In this document: in pieces, positions 1 through 10,062 of the stretch
Numbering within the stretch: the stretch's first letter is position 1
How the letters are laid out: each line of letters begins with the position of its first letter
Source of the DNA: an uncultured Candidatus Rokubacteria bacterium
Lineage (GTDB): Bacteria; Methylomirabilota; Methylomirabilia; Rokubacteriales; CSP1-6
Reading direction: 5' to 3'
Assembly: GCA_963754315.1 (NCBI GenBank)
Contig: CAVWFS010000001.1
Location: 320,001-384,000 of the forward strand
Length of the DNA: 64,000 bases
Notes under the pieces: model-generated
Told to the model about the DNA's origin: nothing
Databases searched by the model: none
What the model saw: the letters and a program-made list of their open reading frames with translations, nothing else
Translations under genes and position numbers: made by a program

Positions 1-2
1 CC

Positions 3-860
3 GGCCAGCTCTCCCTGGGGACGGGTGGGTTCATGGCCGTGGGAGCGTACGCCGCGTTCAAGATCGCCACCGCGTTCCCCTGGCTGAACATCCTGGCCGT
101 CTTCGTCCTGGCGGGGGTGATCGCGGCGGGGGTGGGGCTGCTCTTCGGAATCCCGAGCCTCCGGATCAAGGGCTTCTATCTCGCGGTGGCGACATTGGCC
201 TCCCAGTTCTTCCTCATCTGGCTGTTCAACAAGGTGCCGTGGTTCGTCAACTACTCGTCGTCCGGAACCATTACGGCGCCCCCCCGCACGGTGCTCGGCG
301 TGATGGTGACGGGGCCTGAAGCGACCCCCCAGGCGCGCTACGTGGTGGCCTTCGTCCTGGTGGCCCTCTTCGCTCTCGTCGCGAAGAACCTCGTGCGGGG
401 GCGCCTGGGTCGTGCCTGGATGGCCATTCGCGATCGCGACATCGCGGCCGAGATCATCGGGATCAGGCCCTTGCCCACCAAGCTCCTTGCTTTCGGTATC
501 AGCTCTTTTTACTGCGGGGTCGCCGGCGCGGCGCTCGTCTTCCTCTACCTGGGCAGCGCCGAGACCCTGGCCTTCGACATCAACATCTCCTTTCTCGTGC
601 TCTTCATGATCATCATCGGCGGTCTCGGAAGCATCCTCGGCTCCTTGCTGGGGGCGGCCTTTATCGTGCTCGTTCCCATCTTCCTGACCAATGCGCCGCA
701 TCTCGTCGGGCTCTCGCTCCCGGTGGCGCTTCTCAAGCAGATCGAGCTGATGATCTTCGGGACCCTCATCGTCTTCTTCCTGATCGTGGAACCACACGGG
801 CTCGCGCGGCTCTGGCAGATCACCAAGGAGAAGCTGCGCCTGTGGCCCTTTCCCTATTGA
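3..860 (+). CDS. livM: Branched-chain amino acid-type ABC transporter permease (LivM-like), 5'-truncated by window edge
   Basis: Frame open from the window start (GQLSLGTGGFM...); motifs GIPSLRIKGFYLAVATLA, AIRDRDIAAEIIGI, MIIIGGLGS; ends LWPFPY. Confidence 0.9.
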   Translation, partial: GQLSLGTGGFMAVGAYAAFKIATAFPWLNILAVFVLAGVIAAGVGLLFGIPSLRIKGFYLAVATLASQFFLIWLFNKVPWFVNYSSSGTITAPPRTVLGVMVTGPEATPQARYVVAFVLVALFALVAKNLVRGRLGRAWMAIRDRDIAAEIIGIRPLPTKLLAFGISSFYCGVAGAALVFLYLGSAETLAFDINISFLVLFMIIIGGLGSILGSLLGAAFIVLVPIFLTNAPHLVGLSLPVALLKQIELMIFGTLIVFFLIVEPHGLARLWQITKEKLRLWPFPY

Positions 861-898
861 CCGCGAGAGATCTTCTGACTACCCGAGAGGAGGCAACG

Positions 899-2218
899 AT
901 GCACCGCACCAAGCTCTTGAGCGTTACGCTCGGCGCCGTCCTGGCCGCCGGGTTGCTGGTTGGGTCAGCGCCCGCCCAGGACAAGTCCATCTTCATTCCC
1001 CTTTTGGTCTATCGCACGGGGCCCTACGCCCCGAGCGGAATCCCGATCGCCAATGGTTTTGCGGACTACTTCACCCTGCTCAATGAGCGCGACGGGGGGA
1101 TCAACGGCGTCAAGGTCGCGTGGGAGGAGTGCGAGACCCAGTACGACACCAAGCAAGGGGTCGAGTGCTACGAGCGATTGAAGGGCAAGGGGGCGGCCGT
1201 GGTGAATCCGTACTCCACCGGTATCACCTATCAGCTCATCCCCAAGGCGCCCGTGGACAAGGTGCCGGTTTTCTCGATGGGGTACGGCATGAGCGCATCC
1301 TCCGACGGACGCTGGTTTCCGTGGGTCTTCAACTTTCCCACGAATTACTGGAGCCAGGCCTCGGCCGTCATTCGGTACATTGGCCAGCAGGAAGGCGGGC
1401 TCGACAAGCTCAAGGGGAAGAAGATCGTCCACATCTTCCACAACAGCCCCTACGGGAAGGAAGCCAACCCAACCCTGGAAGTCCTCGCGCGCCAGTATGG
1501 CTTCGAGCTCACCCTGCTGGCCGTCGACCACCCTGGACAGGAGCAGAAGGCGACCTGGCTGCAGGTCCGGCGGCTCAATCCCGACTGGATCTTCATGTCG
1601 GGCTGGGGTGTCATGAACCAAGTCGCCGTCAAGGAGGCGACCGCCATCAACTACAAGATGGACCACTTCATCGGGAACTGGTGGTCTGCCAACGATTCCG
1701 ACGTCATCCCGGCCGGTGACGGCGCCAAGGGATACAAGGGGGCCACCTTCCACGCTCCCGGCACCGCCTTCAAGGTGCACGATGACATCGTGAAATTCGT
1801 CTACGACAAGGGGAAGGGGGCTGCCAAGAAGGAGGCCATGGGTGAGGCCCTCTACAATCGCGGCATTGTCAACGCGATGTTCACCGCCGAAGCTATCCGC
1901 ACCGCTATGGCCAAGCACGGTAACAAGCCGCTCACCGGCGAGCAGGTTCGCTGGGGATTCGAGAACCTGAACCTCAGCGAGAAGCGCCTGGAGGAGCTCG
2001 GCATGAAGGGCTTCACTCATGCCGTGAAGGTGACCTGCGAGGATCACGAAGGCAACGGCCCCATCCTGATCCAGCAATGGGACGGTAAAAAGTGGCAGGT
2101 CGTCTCGGAGTGGGTGGCCCCCATGCGCGACGTCGTGCGTCCCAAGATCGAGGCGGCCGCCGTGGAGGAAGGTAAGAAGCTCGGCTACACCATGCGCGAC
2201 TGCGCCAAGGAGAAGTAG
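899..2218 (+). CDS. ABC transporter substrate-binding protein (Liv/PBP1 type)
   Basis: RBS gaggag before ATG 899; signal peptide MHRTKLL...APA; YRTGPYAP, GGINGVK, HNSPYGKE motifs. Confidence 0.9.
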   Translation: MHRTKLLSVTLGAVLAAGLLVGSAPAQDKSIFIPLLVYRTGPYAPSGIPIANGFADYFTLLNERDGGINGVKVAWEECETQYDTKQGVECYERLKGKGAAVVNPYSTGITYQLIPKAPVDKVPVFSMGYGMSASSDGRWFPWVFNFPTNYWSQASAVIRYIGQQEGGLDKLKGKKIVHIFHNSPYGKEANPTLEVLARQYGFELTLLAVDHPGQEQKATWLQVRRLNPDWIFMSGWGVMNQVAVKEATAINYKMDHFIGNWWSANDSDVIPAGDGAKGYKGATFHAPGTAFKVHDDIVKFVYDKGKGAAKKEAMGEALYNRGIVNAMFTAEAIRTAMAKHGNKPLTGEQVRWGFENLNLSEKRLEELGMKGFTHAVKVTCEDHEGNGPILIQQWDGKKWQVVSEWVAPMRDVVRPKIEAAAVEEGKKLGYTMRDCAKEK

Positions 2219-2224
2219 GGGTTC

Positions 2225-3041
2225 GTGGCCGCTGGCCCTCGACCGCTTCTGTCGGTCAACAACGTCGAGGTGATCTATGATCACGTGATCCTCGTCTTGA
2301 AAGGGGTGTCGCTGCGGGTTCCCGAGCGGGGTATGGTGGCCCTCTTGGGGGCCAACGGCGCCGGCAAGAGCACCACCCTCAAAGCCATCTCCGGTCTCGT
2401 GCGCACCGAGCGGGGGGAGGTGACGAAGGGCACCATCGAGTTTCAGGGCCGAGCCGATCGCGCGTCTGGATCCCGCCGATGTCGTGAGGCGCGGCATCGT
2501 GCAGGTCATGGAGGGACGGCGCGTGTTCGAGCATCTCACGGTGGAGGAGAATCTCCTCGCTGGCGCCTACACGCGGCGTAACGGGCATTCCGCCAAGGAC
2601 GATCTGCAGCGGGTCTATCACTACTTTCCGCGGCTGACCGAGCGGCGCGAGGTCAAGGCGGGTTACGTATCGGGGGGCGAGCAGCAGATGGTGGCCATCG
2701 GCCGAGCCCTCATGGCTCGCCCCACCCTCATGCTCCTCGACGAGCCCTCCATGGGGTTGGCGCCAATGTTGGTCACCGAGATCTTCGAGATCGTGAGTCG
2801 CCTGAATCGCGAGGAAGGGGTGGCGGTGTTGCTGGCGGAGCAGAACGCCACCATCGCTCTTCGCTTCGCCCAGCAGGGGTACGTGATGGAGAATGGCCGC
2901 ATCGTGCTCGACGGCGACGCCGCCAGCATCAGCGAGAACGAGGATATCAAGGAGTTCTACCTGGGATTGACGGGGGTGGGCCAGCGCAAGAGCTACCGGG
3001 ACGTCAAGCACTATCGACGGCGCAAGCGGTGGCTGTCGTGA
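2225..3041 (+). CDS. livF: ABC transporter ATP-binding protein (LivF-like), one frameshift near 2450
   Basis: Walker A GANGAGKST in ORF 2225-2581; SGGEQQM and LLDEPS in ORF 2484-3041; removing one C in cagggccgag restores QGEPIARLDPADVVRRG. Confidence 0.88.
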
Positions 3042-3839
3042 GTCGCGTCGACCGACCGCGTCCAGCTGCGGATCCAGGACGTCTCCAAGGCGTTCGGGGG
3101 CGTGCAGGCGGTGAGCCACGTCAGTCTCGACGTTCGCCGGGGAGAGCTGGTGTCGGTGATCGGCCCCAACGGGGCGGGCAAGACGACCCTGCTCAACATG
3201 GTGAGTGGGTTCTACCATCCCGATACTGGTCGTATCGCGCTGGACGGCAGCGACGTCACCCACACCGCCCCCAGCCGCATTGCGAGCCTGGGCGTGGCAC
3301 GCACCTTCCAGAACATTGCCCTCTTCCGCGGGATGACCGTCCTCGACAATCTCATGCTGGGCCGCCACGTGCACATGAAGTCGGGAGTCTTCGCCTCCTT
3401 CGTCTACTGGGGCCTGGCCCAGAAGGAAGAGGTGTCCCACCGCCGCCGGGTGGAGGACATCATCGATTTTCTGAAGATTCAGGATCTCCGTCGCCGCCCC
3501 ACGGGCTCTCTCGCCTACGGATTGCAGAAGCGCGTGGAACTGGGACGAGCGCTCGCCCTCGATCCCAAGATTCTGCTGCTCGACGAACCGATGGGGGGCA
3601 TGAACCAGGAAGAGAAGGAAGACATGGCCCGCTTCGTTCTCGACGTCAACGAGGAATGGGGCACGACCGTCATCCTGATCGAGCACGACATGGGTGTCGT
3701 GATGGACATTTCCCAGCGCGTGACCGTCCTCGACATGGGACAGAAAATCGCCGAAGGAACGCCGGACGAGGTCCGGGCGAACCCGGCCGTGATCAAGGCC
3801 TATCTCGGTGATACCAAGGATGGAGGTCGTCGTGGCTGA
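3038..3839 (+). CDS. livG: ABC transporter ATP-binding protein (LivG-like); probable 1-nt indel just after the GTG start
   Basis: QLRIQDVSKAFGGV, GPNGAGKTT, RTFQNIALF, LLLDEP, VIKAYLG; GTG 3038 overlaps the upstream TGA. Confidence 0.88.
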
Positions 3840-5748
3840 GTCGATGACGCTTCCCCGCTTGCTCCAGCGCAACGCCCGCGAGATGCCCGACCGTCCGGCC
3901 ATCCGCGAGAAGGACCGTGGTATCTGGCAGACCTGGACGTGGCACCAGTATCACGACCAGGTGCGCGACTTTGCCCTCGGCCTGGCTGCCCTGGGGTTCA
4001 GCCGTGGCGAGCGGCTCTCGGTGATTGGCGACAATCGGCCGCGGCTCTACTGGGCCCAGGTCGCGGCCCAGTGTCTGGGCGGCGTGCCGGTGCCGGTCTA
4101 CCAGGACTCGATCACCCGCGAGCTCGCCTACGTGTGGAATCACGCCGAGGTGGCGGTGATCGTGGCCGAGGACCAGGAGCAGGTGGACAAGGTGCTGGCC
4201 CTTCGTGATCAGCTCTCGACCTTGCGCCTGGTCATCTACGACGATGCGCGCGGGATGGCGCACTACCGCCACGAGTGGATGAAATCCTTCAGCGAGGTCC
4301 AGGAGCTCGGTCGTGAGTTCGGTCGGGCCCACCCCGAGTTCTTCGAGGCGGAGATCGCACGGGGGAGCGCCGACGACGTCAGCATCATCTGCTATACCTC
4401 GGGGACGACCGGGAATCCCAAGGGGGTCATGCTCACCCACGGCAACGCCACCGCCATCGCGGACGCCTTCCGTCGGGCGGAGGACGTGCGCCCGGAGGAC
4501 GCGTCCCTGGCGTACCTGCCGATGGCCTGGGCGGGCGACACCGTGTACACGCTCTTTCTCAGCCTCGCCGTGGGCTTCGCCGCCAACTGTCCGGAGAGCC
4601 CCGAGACTGTCCAGCGCGACCTGCGCGAGCTGGGGCCGACGACGGTCCTGGCGCCTCCGCGAATCTGGGAGAGCATGCTGACGTCGATCCAGGTGAAGAG
4701 CGCCGACGCCCCCGCCCTCAAGCGCTGGGTCTTCGAGCGGTTCCGCGCGGCCGCCGAGCGCGCGGAGATCTTGCGGTCCGAGGACAAGCAGGTGCCGGTT
4801 GGGCTGCGGCTCGCCTGCGCCCTCGGCGAGTTCTTCGTGTACGGTCCGGTGCGAGACCAGCTCGGGCTGCGCCGGGCCAAGTGGGCGCTCACGGGCGGGG
4901 CGCCGCTCGGTCCCGATACCTTTCGGTTCTTTCGGGCCTTCGGCGTCAATCTGAAGCAAGTCTACGGCTCCACCGAAACAACGGGGCTCGTGTCGCTCCA
5001 GCCCAACGTGGAGGCCAACCCCACCACAGCCGGCCGGCCGTGTCCCGGCATCGAGGTGAAGATCGCCGACCGGGGAGAGGTGCTGGTGCGGGGGCCCGTG
5101 ATCTTCAAGGGCTACTTCAAGAACGATGAGGCCACCGCCGAGGTCATCGATCGGGAGGGGTGGTTTCATACGGGGGACGCTGGCTTCATCGACCCCCGTG
5201 GCCACCTGGTCATCATCGACCGCGCCAAGGATGTCGGAACTCTCGCGGACGGGACTCCCTTTGCCCCCCAGTTCATCGAGAATAAGCTGAAGTTCAGCCC
5301 GTACATCCGGGAGGCGGTGGCTTTCGGCCACGACAAATCCTTCGTGGCAGCCATGGTGGCCGTCGACCTGAACACGGTGGGGAACTGGGCCGAACGGCGG
5401 GGCGTTTCTTACACCAGCTACGCCGATCTGAGCCAGAACGCGGAGGTGCGGGCGCTGATCCGAGACGAGATCGGCAAGGGCAACGAGACGCTCCCCAAGG
5501 CCACGCAGGTGAGGCGCTTTTTGCTCCTGACCAAGGACCTCGACGCCGACGACGCCGAGATGACCCGCACGCGCAAGGTCCGGCGGCGTTTCGTGGCCGA
5601 GAAATACGCCGACGTCGTCGCGGCCTTCTACACGGGCGCGACCGAGGTCGACCTGGCCTCCACCGTCACCTATGAGGATGGCCGTCAGGCCGTCGTCCAG
5701 GCACGCGTACGCATCGAGGACGTCCCGGGAGAGCCAGCCCATGTCTGA
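3832..5748 (+). CDS. Long-chain acyl-CoA ligase (AMP-binding, FadD-like)
   Basis: YTSGTTGNPKG, QVYGSTE, WFHTGDAG, IIDRAKD, MTRTRKVRR motifs. Confidence 0.9.
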   Translation: MAESMTLPRLLQRNAREMPDRPAIREKDRGIWQTWTWHQYHDQVRDFALGLAALGFSRGERLSVIGDNRPRLYWAQVAAQCLGGVPVPVYQDSITRELAYVWNHAEVAVIVAEDQEQVDKVLALRDQLSTLRLVIYDDARGMAHYRHEWMKSFSEVQELGREFGRAHPEFFEAEIARGSADDVSIICYTSGTTGNPKGVMLTHGNATAIADAFRRAEDVRPEDASLAYLPMAWAGDTVYTLFLSLAVGFAANCPESPETVQRDLRELGPTTVLAPPRIWESMLTSIQVKSADAPALKRWVFERFRAAAERAEILRSEDKQVPVGLRLACALGEFFVYGPVRDQLGLRRAKWALTGGAPLGPDTFRFFRAFGVNLKQVYGSTETTGLVSLQPNVEANPTTAGRPCPGIEVKIADRGEVLVRGPVIFKGYFKNDEATAEVIDREGWFHTGDAGFIDPRGHLVIIDRAKDVGTLADGTPFAPQFIENKLKFSPYIREAVAFGHDKSFVAAMVAVDLNTVGNWAERRGVSYTSYADLSQNAEVRALIRDEIGKGNETLPKATQVRRFLLLTKDLDADDAEMTRTRKVRRRFVAEKYADVVAAFYTGATEVDLASTVTYEDGRQAVVQARVRIEDVPGEPAHV

Positions 5749-6637
5749 CGAGCTCAACTTTCTGCTCCTCCTGCTCTCCAACGGGGTCCTCATCGGGCTG
5801 ATGTACTCGCTGATCGCCCTGGGCTTCGTCCTCGTCTACAAGGCCACCGATGCCGTGAACTTCGCCCAGGGCGAATTCGTGATGTTCGCCGGCTTGGTAG
5901 TGGTCGGGGTGCTGGGGGTGGCCGGTGCCCCGTTGTGGCTGGCTGTTACCCTCAGCCTGGTGGGCATGATCGTCATGGGCTTTGCCCTCGAGCGCGTCAT
6001 GCTCCGCAAGCTCATCGGCCGCCCCGTCATCGCAGTGGTCATGGCGACCATCGGGCTCGCCTCCGTTCTGCGCGGCCTCGGACCGTACTCGGTGGGGGCG
6101 GGGACCAAGCCGCTGCCGCTGCCGATCAGCGACGAGCCGTTCGTGTGGGGTCCGTTCTTCATTCCCCCCATTCAGCTCGTGGGCGGTATCGTCAGCCTGA
6201 CTTTTCTCGCCGGCTTCGCGTGGTTCTTCCTCAAATCGCGCAAGGGAGTGGCCATGCGCGCGGTCGCCGACAACCAGCAGGTGGCCATGGCCATGGGTAT
6301 CGACGTCGAGCGCTACTTCGGGCTGGCATGGGCAATGACCGGGATGGTATCGGCGCTGGGTGGAGTCCTGTGGGGGAACATGCTGGGGGTGGATGTGAAC
6401 CTGTCCCTGGTCGGGTTCAAGGTATTCCCGGTCGTCATCCTCGGCGGCCTCGACTCGATTCCGGGGGCCATCGTGGGGGGACTCATCGTGGGGATCGTGG
6501 AGAGCATCGCCGCCGGCTACATCGACCCGTACGTGGGCGGTGGCACGAAGGACTTCGCCCCCTACGTACTGATGATCCTGGCCCTGATGATCCGCCCCTA
6601 CGGGATCTTCGGGAAGCCCGTGATCGAGCGAGTGTAA
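5741..6637 (+). CDS. livH: ABC transporter permease (LivH-like)
   Basis: NGVLIGLMYSLIALGFVLVYKAT, NFAQGE, AMRAVADN, GGLDS, RPYGIFG. Confidence 0.9.
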   Translation: MSDELNFLLLLLSNGVLIGLMYSLIALGFVLVYKATDAVNFAQGEFVMFAGLVVVGVLGVAGAPLWLAVTLSLVGMIVMGFALERVMLRKLIGRPVIAVVMATIGLASVLRGLGPYSVGAGTKPLPLPISDEPFVWGPFFIPPIQLVGGIVSLTFLAGFAWFFLKSRKGVAMRAVADNQQVAMAMGIDVERYFGLAWAMTGMVSALGGVLWGNMLGVDVNLSLVGFKVFPVVILGGLDSIPGAIVGGLIVGIVESIAAGYIDPYVGGGTKDFAPYVLMILALMIRPYGIFGKPVIERV

Positions 6638-6639
6638 GC

Positions 6640-7707
6640 ATGATCCATCGTGAGTGCGGCGTGCTCAAGACGACCTACGAAGCGGACATGGCGTTCTATC
6701 CGCTGCCCATCGCTCGCTGGACGGTGGCGGCAATCGCCATCGTCTTCTTCGTCGTCCTGCCGCTGAGTCTTCATGAGTACTACCTCTCGGTGGCGAACCT
6801 GGTGTGGGTCGCCGTCATCGGCGCCCTCGGCCTCAACATCCTGGTCGGTTACACGGGCCAGGTATCCATCGGGCACGGGGCCTTCATGTCGGTCGGCGCC
6901 TACACGGCCGCCAATCTCGCCACCCGCCTCGACTCGCCGTGGCCCGTGAACCTGCTGGCCGGCGGGCTCATGGCCGCCTTGGTGGGCGCGGTGGTCGGTA
7001 TCCCCTCGCTGCGCATCAAGGGACTCTACCTGGCCATCGCCACCCTGGCCGGCCAGCTCATCATCGAGTGGACGATCAACCACGTCACCTTCATCAGCGG
7101 CGGCGTGCAGGCGTCTATTGAAGTTCCGCGACCGCGCCTGGGGACGATGGTCCTCGACAGCCAGCGCGATATGTACTACTTCCTGCTCGTCTTCGTGGTG
7201 CTGGCCATCGTGGGGACGATGAACCTGGTGCGCAGCCGGGTCGGGCGAGCCTTCATCGCCATCCGCGATCAGGACATCGCGGCCGAGATCATCGGCATCA
7301 ACATCTTCCGCTACAAGCTGCTGGCCTTCGCCATCTCGTCGTTCTACGCCGGAGTGACCGGGGTGCTGTACACGTACTTCCTGGGGATCGCCAACTACGA
7401 ACAGTTTCAGATCGGCGTGTCCGTCGATTACCTGGCCATGATCATCATCGGCGGGCTCGGCTCCGTCCTGGGCTCCATCTTCGGGGCCATCTTCGTCACC
7501 CTGCTCCCCATCGTCATCCGCTACAGCATGGAGGCCTTCGGAGGAATCTTCTTTTCGCAGCAGACGGTGCTCAACCTCATCCCCAACCTCCGCCTCATGC
7601 TGTTCGGCGCCCTCATCATCGCTTTTCTCATCGTGGAGCCTGAGGGCTTGAACCGCCTGTGGCGGAACATCCGCAGCTACTTCAGAGTCTGGCCGTTCGC
7701 GTACTGA
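6640..7707 (+). CDS. livM: ABC transporter permease (LivM-like), second paralog
   Basis: MIHRECG start; GLNILVGYTGQVSIGHGAF, PSLRIKGLYLAIATLA; ends VWPFAY. Confidence 0.9.
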   Translation: MIHRECGVLKTTYEADMAFYPLPIARWTVAAIAIVFFVVLPLSLHEYYLSVANLVWVAVIGALGLNILVGYTGQVSIGHGAFMSVGAYTAANLATRLDSPWPVNLLAGGLMAALVGAVVGIPSLRIKGLYLAIATLAGQLIIEWTINHVTFISGGVQASIEVPRPRLGTMVLDSQRDMYYFLLVFVVLAIVGTMNLVRSRVGRAFIAIRDQDIAAEIIGINIFRYKLLAFAISSFYAGVTGVLYTYFLGIANYEQFQIGVSVDYLAMIIIGGLGSVLGSIFGAIFVTLLPIVIRYSMEAFGGIFFSQQTVLNLIPNLRLMLFGALIIAFLIVEPEGLNRLWRNIRSYFRVWPFAY

Positions 7708-7733
7708 GCGACGCGAGAGAGAGGAGAGCGTTC

Positions 7734-8987
7734 ATGAGACAGGTTCTATCTATCTTAACGATTCTGGCACTGGCGACATCGGGGCTGCTGACTCCCCTTC
7801 CGGCCGGCGCCCAGTCGAAGGGCGAGGTCGTCATCGGCGTCCAGTGCGATCGAACGGGGCCGACCTCGATCGTGGGCACCGTCTACTGTCCGGCCTTCCA
7901 CGACTACGTGGCCCTGGTGAACTCGAAGGGGGGCGTCGAGGGGTACAGGATCAAGGCGCTCGAGATCGACCACGAGTACAAGGTGCCGCCCGCGGTCGAA
8001 TCGTACGAGCGTCACAAGAAGGACGGCGCGGTGACCATGGCCGTCTACGGGACACCGCAGATCTATGCCCTGACCGCCAAGCTCACGGAAGACCGTATCC
8101 CTGGTACCTCGCCCGGTTTCGGCAGTGCTGCTGCCGCCGACGGCACCCGCTATCCTTACATCTTCCCCATCGCGGCTACCTACTGGTCGCAGGGAGCGGC
8201 CGCCGTCGACTTCGTCAAGAAGCAGCTCGGGGGGAGCCTCAAGGGCAAGAAGATCGCCTACATCTTCTACGACAACCCGGCCGGCCGGGAGCCCATCGAG
8301 GTGATCGAGAGCCTGGCCGCTCTCGAGGGGTTCCAGCTCAAGACGTTCGCTGTGCCCCCACCCGGCGTCGAGATGGGCGCCCAGGTGCTCGACATCGCCC
8401 AGCGCTTCCGCGCGGACTTCGTGATCGCCCACCTGTTCGGCGGCGCGCCCTCGGTCTCGATCAAGGAGTTCAAGCGGGTGGGGTACCCGCTGCGCAAAGT
8501 CGTGTCGTTCGTGTGGGGGGCGGCCGAGGCCAACATCGAGGGTGCCGGCGGCTTTCCCGTGGCGGAGGGGTACTACGCTATGCAGTTCGCCGGCGTGGGA
8601 AGCGACTATCCGGTGCTGAACGAGATCCGTGACATGTACAAGAAGCAGGGCAAGGAGCCACTCAAGGAGATGGCCTCGACTGTGTTCTACAACCGCGGTG
8701 TGCTGGTGGCCGCCCTGCATGTCGAGGCCATCCGCAACGCCATCAAGGCCAAGGGGGGAGGCAAGATCACCGGTGCCGACGCCAAGGCGGGCTTCGAGCA
8801 AATCTCGAACTTCACCTTGGGCGGACTCGTACCGCCCCTCAAGGTCACCGCGACCGACCACGAGGGCGGCGGTCTCGTCCAGATCTGGCAGGTGAAGGAC
8901 GGCAAGTTCGTGAAGGTAACCGATTGGTTCGCCGCCTACCAAGACGTGGTCGCCAAGCACATCAAAGAGGCCGCCGCCAAGAAGTAG
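7734..8987 (+). CDS. ABC transporter substrate-binding protein, second paralog
   Basis: Signal peptide MRQVLSIL...AGA; DRTGPT, YWSQ, DNPAGRE; similar to the protein at 899-2218. Confidence 0.88.
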   Translation: MRQVLSILTILALATSGLLTPLPAGAQSKGEVVIGVQCDRTGPTSIVGTVYCPAFHDYVALVNSKGGVEGYRIKALEIDHEYKVPPAVESYERHKKDGAVTMAVYGTPQIYALTAKLTEDRIPGTSPGFGSAAAADGTRYPYIFPIAATYWSQGAAAVDFVKKQLGGSLKGKKIAYIFYDNPAGREPIEVIESLAALEGFQLKTFAVPPPGVEMGAQVLDIAQRFRADFVIAHLFGGAPSVSIKEFKRVGYPLRKVVSFVWGAAEANIEGAGGFPVAEGYYAMQFAGVGSDYPVLNEIRDMYKKQGKEPLKEMASTVFYNRGVLVAALHVEAIRNAIKAKGGGKITGADAKAGFEQISNFTLGGLVPPLKVTATDHEGGGLVQIWQVKDGKFVKVTDWFAAYQDVVAKHIKEAAAKK

Positions 8988-9050
8988 CCGGATCCAGAGT
9001 GTCGGATGAACGCTAGTTGGCTCCTCGGATGAGTGAGGAGACGGGGAGGT

Positions 9051-9213
9051 TTGGAGGGGGCGTCGCGCCCCCTCCAATACGAACAATAACGCCGGTAGCA
9101 CCCCGGGTGAGTGAGAGGGCTCAGAGGAGCGTGAGTGAGAAGGCGCAGAGGAGCGTTACGGGGCGTCGCGCCCCCTCCAATATGAACAATAACGCCAGTA
9201 GCACCCCCGGGTG
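9051..9213. repeat. Composite intergenic repeat: REP-like hairpin, ~53-bp direct repeat and a 24-bp tandem pair
   Basis: Stem ttggagggggcg/cgccccctccaa (9051-9077); ggggcgtcgcgccccctccaata(c/t)gaacaataacgcc(g/a)gtagcaccc at ~9057-9109 and ~9160-9213; gtgagtgagaRggcKcagaggagc at 9107-9130 and 9131-9154. Confidence 0.85.
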
Positions 9214-9236
9214 CTGGAGCTTGTAAGGAGCGTCGG

Positions 9237-10031
9237 GTGCTCAATCTGAACAACATCGAAGTCATCTACGACGGGGTCATTCTCGTTCTCAAGGGCGTGT
9301 CGCTCACGGTGCGCCAGGGCGGGATCACCACCCTGCTGGGCGCCAACGGCGCCGGCAAGACCACCACCCTCAAGGCGATCTCCGGGCTTCTCCGTTCCGA
9401 GCGCGGAGATGTCACGAAGGGATCCATCGAGCTGGCCGGCGAGCGGATCGACCGGCTTCCGCCCCACCAGGTGGTCAAGCGCGGCGTCGTCCAGGTGTTT
9501 GAGGGACGCCGGGTCTTCGAGCATCTGACCACCGAGGAGAACCTGATCGCGGGTGCCCACGTGCAGCCCGACCGTGCCCGTCTGCACGAGGGCATGGAGC
9601 GCGTCTACGAGTACTTTCCCCGCCTGCGCGAGCGGCGCCACGTGCAGGCCGGGTACCTGTCGGGTGGCGAGCAGCAGATGCTCGTCATCGGACGGGCGCT
9701 CATGTCGGGGCCGCGGGTCATCCTGCTCGATGAGCCGTCGCTGGGGCTGGCTCCCATGTTGGTCGAGGAGATCTTCGAGATCGTCCAGCGGCTGAACCAG
9801 CAGGAGAAGCTCACCGTCCTTCTGGTCGAGCAGAATGCGGCACTGGCCCTGACCATCGCCGAGCACGGCTACGTGATGGAGACGGGCCGCATCGTCCTCG
9901 AAGGTTCGGCCGAGACCCTCCGCGGGAACGCCGACATCAAGGAGTTCTATCTGGGACTCACCGAGGTGGGATCCCGCAAGTCCTACCGTGACGTGAAGCA
10001 CTACAAGCGCCGCAAGCGCTGGCTCAGCTAG
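9237..10031 (+). CDS. livF: ABC transporter ATP-binding protein (LivF-like), second paralog
   Basis: GANGAGKTT, LSGGEQQM, LLDEPSLG; C-terminus KSYRDVKHYKRRKRWLS nearly identical to the first copy. Confidence 0.92.
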   Translation: MLNLNNIEVIYDGVILVLKGVSLTVRQGGITTLLGANGAGKTTTLKAISGLLRSERGDVTKGSIELAGERIDRLPPHQVVKRGVVQVFEGRRVFEHLTTEENLIAGAHVQPDRARLHEGMERVYEYFPRLRERRHVQAGYLSGGEQQMLVIGRALMSGPRVILLDEPSLGLAPMLVEEIFEIVQRLNQQEKLTVLLVEQNAALALTIAEHGYVMETGRIVLEGSAETLRGNADIKEFYLGLTEVGSRKSYRDVKHYKRRKRWLS

Positions 10032-10062
10032 GGCGGATGCGCGGCAGAAAGATACGCGAACG

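Noticed and set aside
9051..9213. Possible CRISPR array
   Set aside because: Only two long units, the intervening sequence is itself repetitive, and there are no cas genes in the window
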